DNA from: a virus
Lineage: Duplodnaviria > Caudoviricetes
Length of the DNA: 64,000 bases
Direction: 5' to 3' (one strand)
IMG/VR virus record: IMGVR_UViG_3300028886_000042
How positions within the stretch are numbered: the first letter of the stretch is position 1; each line of letters opens with the position of its first letter. This document shows, piece after piece, positions 37,067 to 47,261 of this stretch. The notes under the pieces are model-generated. The model did not search any database. It was given only the letters and a program-made list of their open reading frames with translations, and had not been told where the DNA came from. The translations under genes and the position numbers were made by a program.

Positions 37067-37214
37067 CAGTTTTTATTTTGTAAATTGCCTGAAAAGGAGT
37101 ATCTTTGCAGTCAGACATATAAAGAGAATTAAAGGAACAGTGTAATATTGTTGCGAGAAAATTCTGATACTTAGGAATTAACTGTTATATTTATAATTAA
37201 ACTTTTAAAAAACG

Positions 37215-38381
37215 ATGAAGAAATTTTTATTTTTGTTTATAATGCTGATTTCACTGGTATCTTGCGGTGGAAGTTATGTCGAGCCTGTTAACGTAAGGGA
37301 GAACCTTCCTTCAACGGATGTATTTGTACAAGGCAGCCTGTTGGGTGACTTTGAGACAAGAAGTCACGGATATGGTGATGCATGGCCGAAGGTAAATGCT
37401 GAGGAAGGTTGGGAAGCCGCAAGGTTTTCAATCAGAATTGACGGTAAGATACCCGGTGTGATAAATCAGCCTTCAAATAAATACTGGGGCGGTTTCTCAG
37501 GGCCTAATCTCGGTAAGGTTACTATTGACTATCCTTACGGCCATTACGATGACAGGGGCTTTGACTACTATAAGGTTGACAAGGCAACGGGTGAGAATAC
37601 AGGTATGTTCCGTTATGTATTCGATTCAGATGGAATTGTTACGGAATCCGCTATAATTGAGAAACCTGATATGCGTGAAGTCCTTACACTTCTTAGGGAT
37701 AACAGTACTAATGCAAAGGAGAGGGCTATGTTGGATGAGGTATTATCTTCTTCTGAGCCACTTAAGATTATATGGTATGTTGTAAAGGAAGTCGGTATGA
37801 AGAACGGATGGCACGTTAACGGTGTACTTACACATGATACCGTTAAAAGTGTTGTAGATATACCGGGTATAAATGAAGAAATTGAAAAGGATGTCAAGGA
37901 ATATCAGTTTGAGGAGAGTGACAATGACCCTACAAAGGTAAAGGATAACATTGAGGTTGACATACACTTGCAGGAGCATAAGGACTGGAATGAAATAAAA
38001 ACTTCAATTCATATCAGGGAATATGCCGGTTCCATTAAGGTTAACATACCTTTGGATTATGAATACATTGTAGAACAGGATGATTTCGATATCAGGGTTT
38101 ATTCCTATTATTACAAACAGTATGAGGTAATTCCCGTAATTGAACATAACGATAAGGGTATAACAATAACCATAAACGGAATTGATGAGGAATTCATTAA
38201 TACACTTAAGGCAAAGTACGGTGACGGACTTACTGTAGAGGTACACAGTTACTGTACTGTAATTGACGAGGCATGGACTGACATAAAGAGGTCTACAGTA
38301 GTAACGGAATATGATGCTAATGTGGAAGGACAGATAACATCGGCATATAAACCGGAAGAAATTGTGATTATAGGAAATTGA
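37215..38381 (+). CDS. Putative lipoprotein
   Basis: MKKFLFLFIMLISLVSC lipobox; TATTTAT at 37188. Confidence 0.65.
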   Translation: MKKFLFLFIMLISLVSCGGSYVEPVNVRENLPSTDVFVQGSLLGDFETRSHGYGDAWPKVNAEEGWEAARFSIRIDGKIPGVINQPSNKYWGGFSGPNLGKVTIDYPYGHYDDRGFDYYKVDKATGENTGMFRYVFDSDGIVTESAIIEKPDMREVLTLLRDNSTNAKERAMLDEVLSSSEPLKIIWYVVKEVGMKNGWHVNGVLTHDTVKSVVDIPGINEEIEKDVKEYQFEESDNDPTKVKDNIEVDIHLQEHKDWNEIKTSIHIREYAGSIKVNIPLDYEYIVEQDDFDIRVYSYYYKQYEVIPVIEHNDKGITITINGIDEEFINTLKAKYGDGLTVEVHSYCTVIDEAWTDIKRSTVVTEYDANVEGQITSAYKPEEIVIIGN

Positions 38382-38478
38382 CGGTATAGACATCCCATCG
38401 GTACATATTCAATATGCTGATGGGATTTTTTTTGTTTTTATGCAACTATTTATTATTAAATACAAATAAGAATAGAAT

Positions 38479-39087
38479 ATGAAGAATAGAATAAGAATAA
38501 CAGAGAGTGACCTTCATAGAATTGTGAAAGAGTCTGTGAAAAGAGTATTGAGGGAATCAGCACATAGAACTATTGACAAAAAACAACGTCTAACTGAGGA
38601 TATTTATGTTGGAAATGGTGGTGGGTATTATGGTGGTTCTGCCATCTTTACAGTTAGAATGGAAGGTGATATGCCGACAAGTTATGAATTTAGTCCAAAA
38701 GGATGGGACTTTGATACAAAATCACAATTAGAGGCTGCTGCTGTATGTGCTTCTGCAAATAAGGGATTTCTTGAACAAATGAAAAACTCAGAATTGACAC
38801 AATTACCGGTTGTTCCGACTACCGAAGATGATAAGGCAAATGCACTATATTGGCTAACCGGTGGCAATGCTGAATGGAATCACGGATATTGGGCAGAAGG
38901 CGGTGTTCATTGGGGGGAAGCAGAGGAAATATTATTAAATGACACTGATATAATGGGACTATTGGATGATGCAATCTCTAATTCAAGCAATTTTTATGAA
39001 TTAGTCATAAATCTTAAAAGAGGTGAGTATATGCAGTATGCAGCAGATGTCATCCCAACTAACGACTATGATGAGGATGAGTATTAA
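38479..39087 (+). CDS. Leader-bearing cassette protein 1
   Basis: MKNRIRITESDLHRIVKESVKRVLRES; TATTTAT at 38447. Confidence 0.75.
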   Translation: MKNRIRITESDLHRIVKESVKRVLRESAHRTIDKKQRLTEDIYVGNGGGYYGGSAIFTVRMEGDMPTSYEFSPKGWDFDTKSQLEAAAVCASANKGFLEQMKNSELTQLPVVPTTEDDKANALYWLTGGNAEWNHGYWAEGGVHWGEAEEILLNDTDIMGLLDDAISNSSNFYELVINLKRGEYMQYAADVIPTNDYDEDEY

Positions 39088-39112
39088 ACCGCAATTAAAC
39101 CAACTCTAATCT

Positions 39113-39156
39113 CAGACCATTTGTGTACTAAGCCGATAGACTTTAAAAACATATAT
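39113..39156 (+). repeat. Conserved 44-bp 3' module, copy 1
   Basis: CAGACCATTT-14nt-TAGACTTTAAAAACATATAT; 36/44 identical to 39589..39632. Confidence 0.85.
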
Positions 39157-39229
39157 GAGCGAATCCATCCGGTTCGCTTGTTTTTTTTTTATTCAACTAT
39201 TTATTATTAAATACAATAAGAATATAATA

Positions 39230-39577
39230 ATGAAGAATAGAATAAGATTAACAGAATCAGACCTTCACAGAATTGTGAAAGAATCAGTAAATATGATATT
39301 ATCTGAAGCCAATAACCATTTAATATCAGTTGGAGGCATAGAAGACACTCCATTTACACGTAATAACAATAAAGGCTCTAATAGCATTAGAATAAATGGT
39401 GTGTTTAATACAACCAATTATAGCAATAACCCATCACGTGCGGCTATTGAGATGATGCAAGACAAATTACCATTTGATGAATTTATCGATTATTGCGAAC
39501 AACGCGGAATTAACCCATATGATTATATTGATACTAATGATTTTGAGGTAGAACAATGGATAGAAGATTACATATAG
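39230..39577 (+). CDS. Leader-bearing cassette protein 2
   Basis: MKNRIRLTESDLHRIVKESVNMILSE; TATTTAT at 39198; start at 39230. Confidence 0.75.
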   Translation: MKNRIRLTESDLHRIVKESVNMILSEANNHLISVGGIEDTPFTRNNNKGSNSIRINGVFNTTNYSNNPSRAAIEMMQDKLPFDEFIDYCEQRGINPYDYIDTNDFEVEQWIEDYI

Positions 39578-39588
39578 GTTTAATTGAG

Positions 39589-39632
39589 CAGACCATTTAC
39601 GAACAAGTCCAGTAGACTTTAAAAACATATAT
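39589..39632 (+). repeat. Conserved 44-bp 3' module, copy 2
   Basis: See 39113..39156; followed by a terminator hairpin. Confidence 0.85.
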
Positions 39633-39721
39633 ATTTAATACACCCGTTTCCGAGTGTATTTTTTTTTGTTGACAATGATTCATTTATTCCCTATATTTAT
39701 TATAAATAGGATAGAACTACA

Positions 39722-41764
39722 ATGCCAACAAAACCAACAATATTTCAGAGGCTTACTAATATACTTTCAAACAGTAATAATATACAGGGTGCTGTTAAAA
39801 AGGTAAATTCCTACGGTATAAACGATTCTGATATATTATTCCGTACTAATAACAAGGAAGAGTATGACAGTAAGTTAAAGGAACTCAGGCAGCAGCATTT
39901 GCTTGCTAAGCAGTGGAAGAAGGCGAACTATGACCTTACCAACAAGTCACTTGCCGGACTGAATGAAGTAAAGATGATGTACCGTGATGCAGACCTGATG
40001 GACTGTTTCCCTGAAATCGGTACTGCGCTTGATATAGTATCTGAGGAGGCATGTTTCGTGAAGGAGTTTATGGTTAACGTGACTTCCAAATCCGAACGTG
40101 TAAAATCAATTTTACAGGATTTGCTTGTAAACCGCTTGCAGATTAATATTATGCTTCCTATGGTATGCAGAAGTATGGCTAAGTACGGTAACACGTTCAT
40201 GCTTCTTGAGATAAATGAGGAAAACGGTGTTGTGAATTGGAGACAGTTACCGGTTTATGAGTTGGAGAGGTATGAAAACGGTATGGAAAATCCATATGCA
40301 AATGCTTATGTTAATCTGAATAATATAGACCTTAATCAGACGGATTCCACTAAATTTGTTTGGGTAGGTCAGACTGAATTCACGCCTTACAGAAACTGGC
40401 AGATAGCACATTTCAGACTGCTTTATGATTCGATATTCCTGCCATACGGTACGAGTTTTCTACAGAAGGCAAGAAGGCACTGGCGTATGTTGTCCATGAT
40501 GGAGGACATGATGCTTATATACAGAATGGAACGTTCAATTGAAAGACGTGTATTCAAGATAAACGTAGGTACGATTGATGATAAGGATGTTCCTGCTTAT
40601 GTTGAGGACATTGCAAACAACTTCAAACGTACACCTATTATAGACCCTCTGACAGGACAGTTGGACTTGAAGAAAAACATACTTAATGTATCTGAGGATT
40701 TCTTCATACCTGTACGTGATGATAATGCAAGCAACCCTATAGATACGTTGCAGGGAGCACAGAACATGACTGCGATGGATGACATAAAATTCATACAGAA
40801 TAAAGTATGTACAGCACTGAGAATACCCAAATCATATCTGAATTTCGAGGAAACCACCGGTGACGGTAAGAACCTTTCGTTACTTGACGTAAGATTCATG
40901 CGTACAGTAAACAGAATACAGCAGTCGTTGTTAATGGAACTGAATAAAATCTGTATCATACACCTTTATCTTTTAGGATTTGAAGATGAACTTACGAATT
41001 TCACTCTTACCATGAATAATCCTTCTTCACAGGCTGAAATGCTTGAGCTGGAAAACATGGCAAAGAAAATAACAACAGCAAAGGATGCTATTTCTGATGC
41101 CGGTAACGGAATACAGCTTATGTCATGGACGAGGGCATGTAAGCAGATTCTCGGTTGGTCTGATAAGGAAATTGAGGAAAACTTGCAGGAAATCAGACTT
41201 GAAAAGGCACTTGCGGCAGAGTTGGAGAAAACCGCACAGATTATCAAGCGTACTAATATATTCGATAAGGTTGACAATATATACGGCGAACCCGGTGCTG
41301 AATACTCGGAAGAGCCTGTAGGCGGTGAAGACGGTCAGGGCGGTATGGGCGGTGGAGCCGGCGGTATCGGTGGAGGTACTATAGGAGGCGGTGATTTCGA
41401 CTTCGGTGACGAAGGCGGTGACGAAATGGGTGCAGAAGGTGAAATGGGCATGGATGCAGCAGCCGATGAAATGACTCCTGAGCAGGGAGGAGCACCTGAA
41501 GCAGGAAACGAGCCTATACCTCCTATGGGAGAAGATTATCTCGGAAGGCTGTTCAAGAAGATGATTAACGAACAGCATGAGGTGCAGAAGGATATAGCGA
41601 GAAAGGGAAAGAAATACAGTGACAGACTGAAGGAGCGTAAGGAGAAATATGATATATCAAACCGTATAAACGAGAACGTACCGATATATCAGAAGAATTT
41701 CCTGATAAATGAGGATTTAAATTCGATGATTAAGCAGCTTGATGAAATTAACGCTAAGAAATAA
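39722..41764 (+). CDS. Portal protein (T4 gp20-like)
   Basis: PEIGTALDI, LSMMEDMMLIYR..RSIERRVFKINVG, EDFFIPVR, IDTLQGA, DDIKF, ALRIPKSYL. Confidence 0.93.
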   Translation: MPTKPTIFQRLTNILSNSNNIQGAVKKVNSYGINDSDILFRTNNKEEYDSKLKELRQQHLLAKQWKKANYDLTNKSLAGLNEVKMMYRDADLMDCFPEIGTALDIVSEEACFVKEFMVNVTSKSERVKSILQDLLVNRLQINIMLPMVCRSMAKYGNTFMLLEINEENGVVNWRQLPVYELERYENGMENPYANAYVNLNNIDLNQTDSTKFVWVGQTEFTPYRNWQIAHFRLLYDSIFLPYGTSFLQKARRHWRMLSMMEDMMLIYRMERSIERRVFKINVGTIDDKDVPAYVEDIANNFKRTPIIDPLTGQLDLKKNILNVSEDFFIPVRDDNASNPIDTLQGAQNMTAMDDIKFIQNKVCTALRIPKSYLNFEETTGDGKNLSLLDVRFMRTVNRIQQSLLMELNKICIIHLYLLGFEDELTNFTLTMNNPSSQAEMLELENMAKKITTAKDAISDAGNGIQLMSWTRACKQILGWSDKEIEENLQEIRLEKALAAELEKTAQIIKRTNIFDKVDNIYGEPGAEYSEEPVGGEDGQGGMGGGAGGIGGGTIGGGDFDFGDEGGDEMGAEGEMGMDAAADEMTPEQGGAPEAGNEPIPPMGEDYLGRLFKKMINEQHEVQKDIARKGKKYSDRLKERKEKYDISNRINENVPIYQKNFLINEDLNSMIKQLDEINAKK

Positions 41765-41793
41765 CATATTTATTATAAAATAATTTTTGTACG

Positions 41794-42984
41794 ATGAGTG
41801 AGTTTAACGATACATACCACAAGGCCGGTGTTCTTATGCAAAGTGCCTTGAAGAAATATGAGAAAGGTGATATTGAAGGGGGAAACAAGGACAGACAGAT
41901 GGCAAACGACATGTATGACCTTGCAGAAAAAGAAGTCGATTCGGAACAGGGCATGACAATGCTGTATGGGGAAAACCGTAACTTCGGTATCATATACAAA
42001 GTATTCGAGAGTAATGCACCGAAGCTTTTCAAGGAAAAGAACGGTAAGGTGAAACTCGGAAAAATACTGAATCTCATAAAGGAAAACAAGGTACTTAAAT
42101 CGGAATTCGACATTTACAAGTCTCTTGTCTATCCTGATTCAGTCTGTGATTCGGAAACTTATGTAAACGAGGCTGTTTCCGTCATACATCCGCTTAAAAA
42201 GGAAGATGTCGTAAGAAACAACGAGGAACTGATAAGGACATTCCGTAAACTCGGTTTGGATGAAATGGTTGAAATTTCAGACGATGACATGAAACTCATG
42301 GAATCAGTTGAGTTTGTCACATTAAACAGAAAGAACCTCAATAATGCCAACGAGTTTGCAAAGGCAAAGAAATGCCTGTCTGAGCATATAGATAAAAACT
42401 GCAAATACACTGAGGTAAACAGTAATTCAGTCGATGAGGTACTTAGGGAAGGTATTGACAGTGTTAATGAGAAATATGTATCAGACCTTACGGATGAAGA
42501 GAAGATGCTTGTAGAGAAACTTAACGGAATAACCTCAAAGGAAGCATATTTCGACATAGCAAAGAATGATACGATAAAGATACTGAATGAAAGGCTGAAT
42601 GAATGTGATGAGGAAAACTATACGGATTTGGAGAAGATAGTTGAAAACGTTGCCATGAAGACATATGATGAAGACAGGTTTATTTCAGACGCGGCAGAAT
42701 TCAGGGAAATAAAAGATACACTTACCGAATCTGAGAAAACAGATACCGATTCAGTTGAATCACTGTCAATAGAACTTGCAAGAAACTGTATAGGTGAAAG
42801 TACACGTAACAGAGACTGGATTATAAGTGAACTGTCATATATTACAGATGATGAGACAGATGCAAGTAAGATAGTGGAAGATATTGAAAGAATGGCTGAT
42901 AAATATAAACCGGAAAATATGGGTGGTATTATAAAAACAAACCTTAAAGCCGGTAAATATAAAGGTTGGTGGAAGAACATGTAA
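41794..42984 (+). CDS. Hypothetical head-module protein
   Basis: 396-aa helical ORF after the portal; TATTTAT at 41767. Confidence 0.7.
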   Translation: MSEFNDTYHKAGVLMQSALKKYEKGDIEGGNKDRQMANDMYDLAEKEVDSEQGMTMLYGENRNFGIIYKVFESNAPKLFKEKNGKVKLGKILNLIKENKVLKSEFDIYKSLVYPDSVCDSETYVNEAVSVIHPLKKEDVVRNNEELIRTFRKLGLDEMVEISDDDMKLMESVEFVTLNRKNLNNANEFAKAKKCLSEHIDKNCKYTEVNSNSVDEVLREGIDSVNEKYVSDLTDEEKMLVEKLNGITSKEAYFDIAKNDTIKILNERLNECDEENYTDLEKIVENVAMKTYDEDRFISDAAEFREIKDTLTESEKTDTDSVESLSIELARNCIGESTRNRDWIISELSYITDDETDASKIVEDIERMADKYKPENMGGIIKTNLKAGKYKGWWKNM

Positions 42985-42996
42985 TTTTTTCTTATA

Positions 42997-43027
42997 AAAC
43001 ACTCCGTTATTCGGGGTGTTTTTTTTG
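42997..43027. terminator. Bidirectional terminator
   Basis: AAAACACTCCG-TTATT-CGGGGTGTTTT between convergent genes. Confidence 0.75.
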
Positions 43028-43067
43028 TCTGAATGAGCCGTTAACGGGCAGTCATTGGTTTGGTGGC

Positions 43068-43934
43068 TCATTTTTCATTTGTTAATGGACTAAACAAAGT
43101 AAGAAATGTTATATCCTTTGGGTCAAACGTTTCCAATAATGCTTCTGCTGAATCAGAAATAGTCTTTCCACTTGTTACTGTATCATCAAGCACAAGTACT
43201 CGCTTTCCGTTAATGTCATTGGCTAATTCCAAATTACTTTTCACTTCATCAGAGATGTACATTGACTGAATTACGTATTGTCTATATTTTTCTTCAATAT
43301 ATTTGTATGAAAAAACCCCATCGTTTTTACGGTTCATTTTCATTATTGACCTTTCTATTTCTTTCTTACAATCCCTAAATTCTTCGTCTGTATTAGTCAT
43401 TTGGGCAATAAGGTCATCATCTATCATATAGTCAAGAACATAATTTGCATCATACTTTTTAAAGAAATCCTTTATTGCTTTCTCATGTGGAATAATTCTT
43501 TCAACTATACCAAAAATCCTATTATTAAGTTGATTATTAGATGGTGTTGTGATTATCACATCAAAATTCTCATTCAATTCTTTCGTGACAGCAACAAATC
43601 TGCGTAATAACGCCATTAAATCATAATGTTCATCTCTAAACCCCCAATCTTTATGTCCCTTTAAAGCCTTTATTAATGGGTTTGAATCATATCTGTCATT
43701 TGTCTTCTTTCTTGTGAATACAGAAATAACTTTATAGCCGTTGACATTATTGTAAATTGGATATGGATTCCAAGGGTCATTAGTATCAACATATTCTTGG
43801 TGATTAGGATTAAAGCCAACAGTATGCGGAATAGAATCAGTATCTATATCTATTCCTTCTATTACTTTCTGAACAGCCTCTTTTACAACTTCCTTCAGCT
43901 CATTTTCGGTTAGTCTTATCTGTTTCTTCCCCAT
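43068..43934 (-). CDS. Phosphoribosyltransferase-domain protein with LTEN leader
   Basis: MGKKQIRLTENELKEVVKEAVQKVIE; PRPP-binding loop VLVLDDTVTSGKT; IITTPS. Confidence 0.8.
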   Translation of the reverse strand: MGKKQIRLTENELKEVVKEAVQKVIEGIDIDTDSIPHTVGFNPNHQEYVDTNDPWNPYPIYNNVNGYKVISVFTRKKTNDRYDSNPLIKALKGHKDWGFRDEHYDLMALLRRFVAVTKELNENFDVIITTPSNNQLNNRIFGIVERIIPHEKAIKDFFKKYDANYVLDYMIDDDLIAQMTNTDEEFRDCKKEIERSIMKMNRKNDGVFSYKYIEEKYRQYVIQSMYISDEVKSNLELANDINGKRVLVLDDTVTSGKTISDSAEALLETFDPKDITFLTLFSPLTNEK

Positions 43935-43952
43935 ATACAGTACAGTTTATCG

Positions 43953-44044
43953 TTCATAATTATCCAAACCACGTGCAAATATACTACTTTTTCATGTAAC
44001 AAATAAACTTCTAAAGTTATTTATTGTTAAATAACTGAATATTA
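43953..44044. repeat. 92-bp divergent promoter module, copy 2 (inverted)
   Basis: Reverse complement matches 6344..6435 at 85/92. Confidence 0.9.
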
Positions 44045-44289
44045 CAGTAAAGAAGAACATACTACAAGCAATTGAATGTCTTAAAAATGCTGTTGCTACC
44101 GATGCTCAACTCTACTAAAGAGCCATTAGCGAGCCATTAACAGAAAGTTCAACATACTGAAAATAAATCTGTTGACAATGTTAAACAGAATTATCATGAG
44201 CCTTTAACAATTAAAGGTTCATTTTTTTTTAGTATTTTTTTGGAATTTATTAATAAAATAGTATATTTGCAATATATTCTAAATTTTTA

Positions 44290-44718
44290 ATGATTAAGAG
44301 AACAGCAAAGGAGTATAGTATCAGTGATGAAACTACCGGTCTTAAGACAAAATACGGTGCTTTGGACAAGAAGAATCCGGAAGTGATTTATATAAAGTCA
44401 CGTGCTACGATAACACCGAAGGTAAGGAAAAGGGATTTTTCAGACAGTATATCCAAACTGAAAAAGGTATTTGAGGATAATGTGAAGAAGACAATGGCAC
44501 ATCTGACTGACTATGACAAACGTCATATATGTACGTTGGAAATAAGTGAGAACGGTATATCATACGGAAAGAAAAGCCGTGTAAGATATGATATATTCAT
44601 AAAACCAAAAACAGTGAAGCCACTTGAGGAATACAGGGATGAAATTCAGAAACTTTCACATATTTTCAATACAGACCTTAAAACACTTCTTAATGATAAT
44701 AATATAGATGTCCGGTAA
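44290..44718 (+). CDS. Hypothetical protein
   Basis: 142-aa ORF upstream of the prohead protease. Confidence 0.7.
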   Translation: MIKRTAKEYSISDETTGLKTKYGALDKKNPEVIYIKSRATITPKVRKRDFSDSISKLKKVFEDNVKKTMAHLTDYDKRHICTLEISENGISYGKKSRVRYDIFIKPKTVKPLEEYRDEIQKLSHIFNTDLKTLLNDNNIDVR

Positions 44719-44765
44719 TATATTTATACGGATATAGTCATATTTATTAAAAAAGATTTTTTTCA

Positions 44766-45959
44766 ATGAAAAAGATACAGAATAAGGAACAGCTTGTAGA
44801 AATTAAGAAGGGACAGACAGGTTACGGACTGCTTATAGAGAATGACGGTCATATCACAGGAAAACCGGATATGATAAATCAGATTAAGGAGGATATTGAC
44901 AATAACCATAAATTTGTCATACCTGATGACTTTATAGTGTCGGCAGTATTTCAGAAATACGGTATAAAAAACGCAAACGGAAGAATCTATCCTGAGGATG
45001 TACTGAGAAGGGAAGTACAGAAATATTTGGAGACGAGAGTTGCCATGCATAATGCAATCGGGGCCTTAGACCATCCATCTTGTCAACTTGCAGATACACA
45101 AATATTTACAGAAAAAGGTTGGAAATATATAAGTGATGTTGAAGTTGGTGAGAATATACTTACGGTTACAGAAGATAAGAAAATCGAAATTAAACCTGTT
45201 TTACGTAAGATAGATGAACCGTATAAAGGAAAACTCATCCATTTAAAGGGTAGATTTATTGATATTAAGGTAACACCTAATCATCGTTTTCCTGTATTAG
45301 ACCGTAACCAGAAATGGAAAGGATTTTATACTGCACAGGATATATTGGACGGTAATGTACCTGACCAAAATCATTCATATTTTTTCAAAGTCGGCGAATG
45401 GAAGGGTGAAGAAGATAGTGAATTTGTTGTTAATGCATTAACAGATGCTGAAGTTACTGAAGAGGACTATGAAGGACGTGTATATTGTGTTGAGGTTGAA
45501 AACCATACTTTTTACACAATGTGCAATGACGGACATTGTTTATGGTCAGGTAATTCATCGAGCTTATCCGGTCATGATGTAACACATAATATCTTGGATT
45601 TAAGGTGGGAAAAGAATACACTTGTAGGAGAAATGAAACTTCATCTGTCACCCGGTTATAAAAAATATGGTATTTGTTCAACAAGTGGTGATTTGGTTGC
45701 TAATATGATACTTGACGGCATTCTTATAGGTGTATCTTCGAGAGGTGTAGGAAGTGTTGAACAAAAGTTCGGAACTACCTTAGTATCAGACGATTATGAG
45801 TTAATTTGTTGGGACGTTGTTATCGAAAATTCAACACCGGGTGCTTATATTAAAACTAACCCTGAAGACTTAAAGCCTTTTATAGAAGGTGATTTATCTA
45901 AAAATGGTGAACTTTTAAACGAAAAAATCAAAAAATTAGGTAAGATTTTGAATCTTTAG
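44766..45959 (+). CDS. Prohead protease (T4 gp21-like) containing an intein
   Basis: KNANGRIYP, GALDHP, GVSSRGVGS, WDVV..STPGA. Confidence 0.92.
   Translation: MKKIQNKEQLVEIKKGQTGYGLLIENDGHITGKPDMINQIKEDIDNNHKFVIPDDFIVSAVFQKYGIKNANGRIYPEDVLRREVQKYLETRVAMHNAIGALDHPSCQLADTQIFTEKGWKYISDVEVGENILTVTEDKKIEIKPVLRKIDEPYKGKLIHLKGRFIDIKVTPNHRFPVLDRNQKWKGFYTAQDILDGNVPDQNHSYFFKVGEWKGEEDSEFVVNALTDAEVTEEDYEGRVYCVEVENHTFYTMCNDGHCLWSGNSSSLSGHDVTHNILDLRWEKNTLVGEMKLHLSPGYKKYGICSTSGDLVANMILDGILIGVSSRGVGSVEQKFGTTLVSDDYELICWDVVIENSTPGAYIKTNPEDLKPFIEGDLSKNGELLNEKIKKLGKILNL
45081..45554 (+). mobile_element. 158-aa mini-intein in the prohead protease
   Basis: Block A CQLADTQIFTEKGW, block B VTPNHRF, block F/G YEGRVYCVEVENHTFY...WSGN followed by Ser; no endonuclease domain. 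Confidence 0.9.
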
Positions 45960-46015
45960 CATAATCCTATACTATTTATTGTAAATCTGCAACATATTTG
46001 CAGATAAAAAATAGT

Positions 46016-47221
46016 ATGTTTAAAGAAGATTATATTAAACGAGCACGGGAGATACATGGTGATAACTATGATTACAGTCAATTACCCGAAGAATTTAAAG
46101 GAACTGATAAAATCACAATTATTTGCAAAGAACACGGCCCGTTTGTTCAAATTGCAAGAAACCATATAAGTGTACAGCATTCAGGTTGTCCCATTTGCGG
46201 AAGAAAACGTGCAAATAGTAAATTAACAGATACTTTCGAAGAATTTGTTAAAAAGGCAAGAAAAGTACATGGTGAAAACTTTGAATATATTGAAAGTAGT
46301 TTCAAAAAAACCGGTTCTAAATTAAAGATAAAATGTAACAAATGTGGGAAAATATTCGAACAAACAGGTTCTATGCATTTATCCGGCAATGGGTGCTCAC
46401 ATTGCAATCCACCACATAAAAAGCGAACGACAGAAGATTTCGCTGCTGAACTTGCTATAACTCATCCAAATCTGGAACTGCTAAGTGAATATGTTAATAC
46501 AAATACACCTATTACTGTTAGATGTAAAATACATGACTATACTTATCAAACAACACCCCATCGTTTAAAACAGGGGGCAAATTGTCAAAAATGTTATGAT
46601 GATAGAAGAAGTGTAACTAATAGAAAACCTATTGAAAAAATACTTGAAGAAGTAGAAAAAATTCATGGGGATAAATATATTTTACCTTATATCAATACAG
46701 AGTACATAAACTCTAAGACAAAATTAACATGTAAATGCAAACACGGACATGAATTTAAAATTACTCTAAATAAACTGATAAACAGAGAACAGGGTTGTCC
46801 TATCTGTAATGAAAGTCATCTTGAGGAGAAAATCTCACTTTTAATCCCATCATTTGAGCGAAATAAGCATTATGACTGGCTTAAAAATCCAAAAACTAAT
46901 TGTATGTTAACATTAGATTCCTATGATGAAAAACTTAATGTAGCAATAGAATGTCAGGGAGACCAACATTTCAAACCGTATGAAATATGGGGTGGGGAAG
47001 TTTCATTTAAAAAGAACATTGAGCGTGACATTATTAAAAATAGGTTATGCAAAGAACATGGTACAAAATTAATTTATGTAATCCCTAAATCATACAAAAA
47101 TAAATTAAATGAAGAGAAATATAAGGGAATATATACTGACGATAATGTATTCTTTATTGAAGATATAGAAAAAGATTGCACAGATTTCATTAATATGATA
47201 TATGATTCTCAAAAAAAGTAA
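46016..47221 (+). CDS. Homing-type endonuclease with Zn-ribbon repeats and C-terminal PD-(D/E)xK domain
   Basis: Repeated ICKEHG...GCPIC units; LTLDSY...AIECQGDQH...RDIIKNRLC. Confidence 0.75.
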   Translation: MFKEDYIKRAREIHGDNYDYSQLPEEFKGTDKITIICKEHGPFVQIARNHISVQHSGCPICGRKRANSKLTDTFEEFVKKARKVHGENFEYIESSFKKTGSKLKIKCNKCGKIFEQTGSMHLSGNGCSHCNPPHKKRTTEDFAAELAITHPNLELLSEYVNTNTPITVRCKIHDYTYQTTPHRLKQGANCQKCYDDRRSVTNRKPIEKILEEVEKIHGDKYILPYINTEYINSKTKLTCKCKHGHEFKITLNKLINREQGCPICNESHLEEKISLLIPSFERNKHYDWLKNPKTNCMLTLDSYDEKLNVAIECQGDQHFKPYEIWGGEVSFKKNIERDIIKNRLCKEHGTKLIYVIPKSYKNKLNEEKYKGIYTDDNVFFIEDIEKDCTDFINMIYDSQKK

Positions 47222-47261
47222 CTATATATCTACTACATAATGCAGTCCGAAATTTATCTAA

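Noticed and set aside
39155-39190. GGTTCG-containing hairpin as a tRNA fragment
   Set aside because: It is the stem of a Rho-independent terminator; no cloverleaf. I recognised no tRNA genes in the window.
44045-44230. Short GAGCC(A/T)TTA repeats and a possible gene remnant after the duplicated promoter
   Set aside because: Only three short copies and no convincing ORF or homology; too weak to call.
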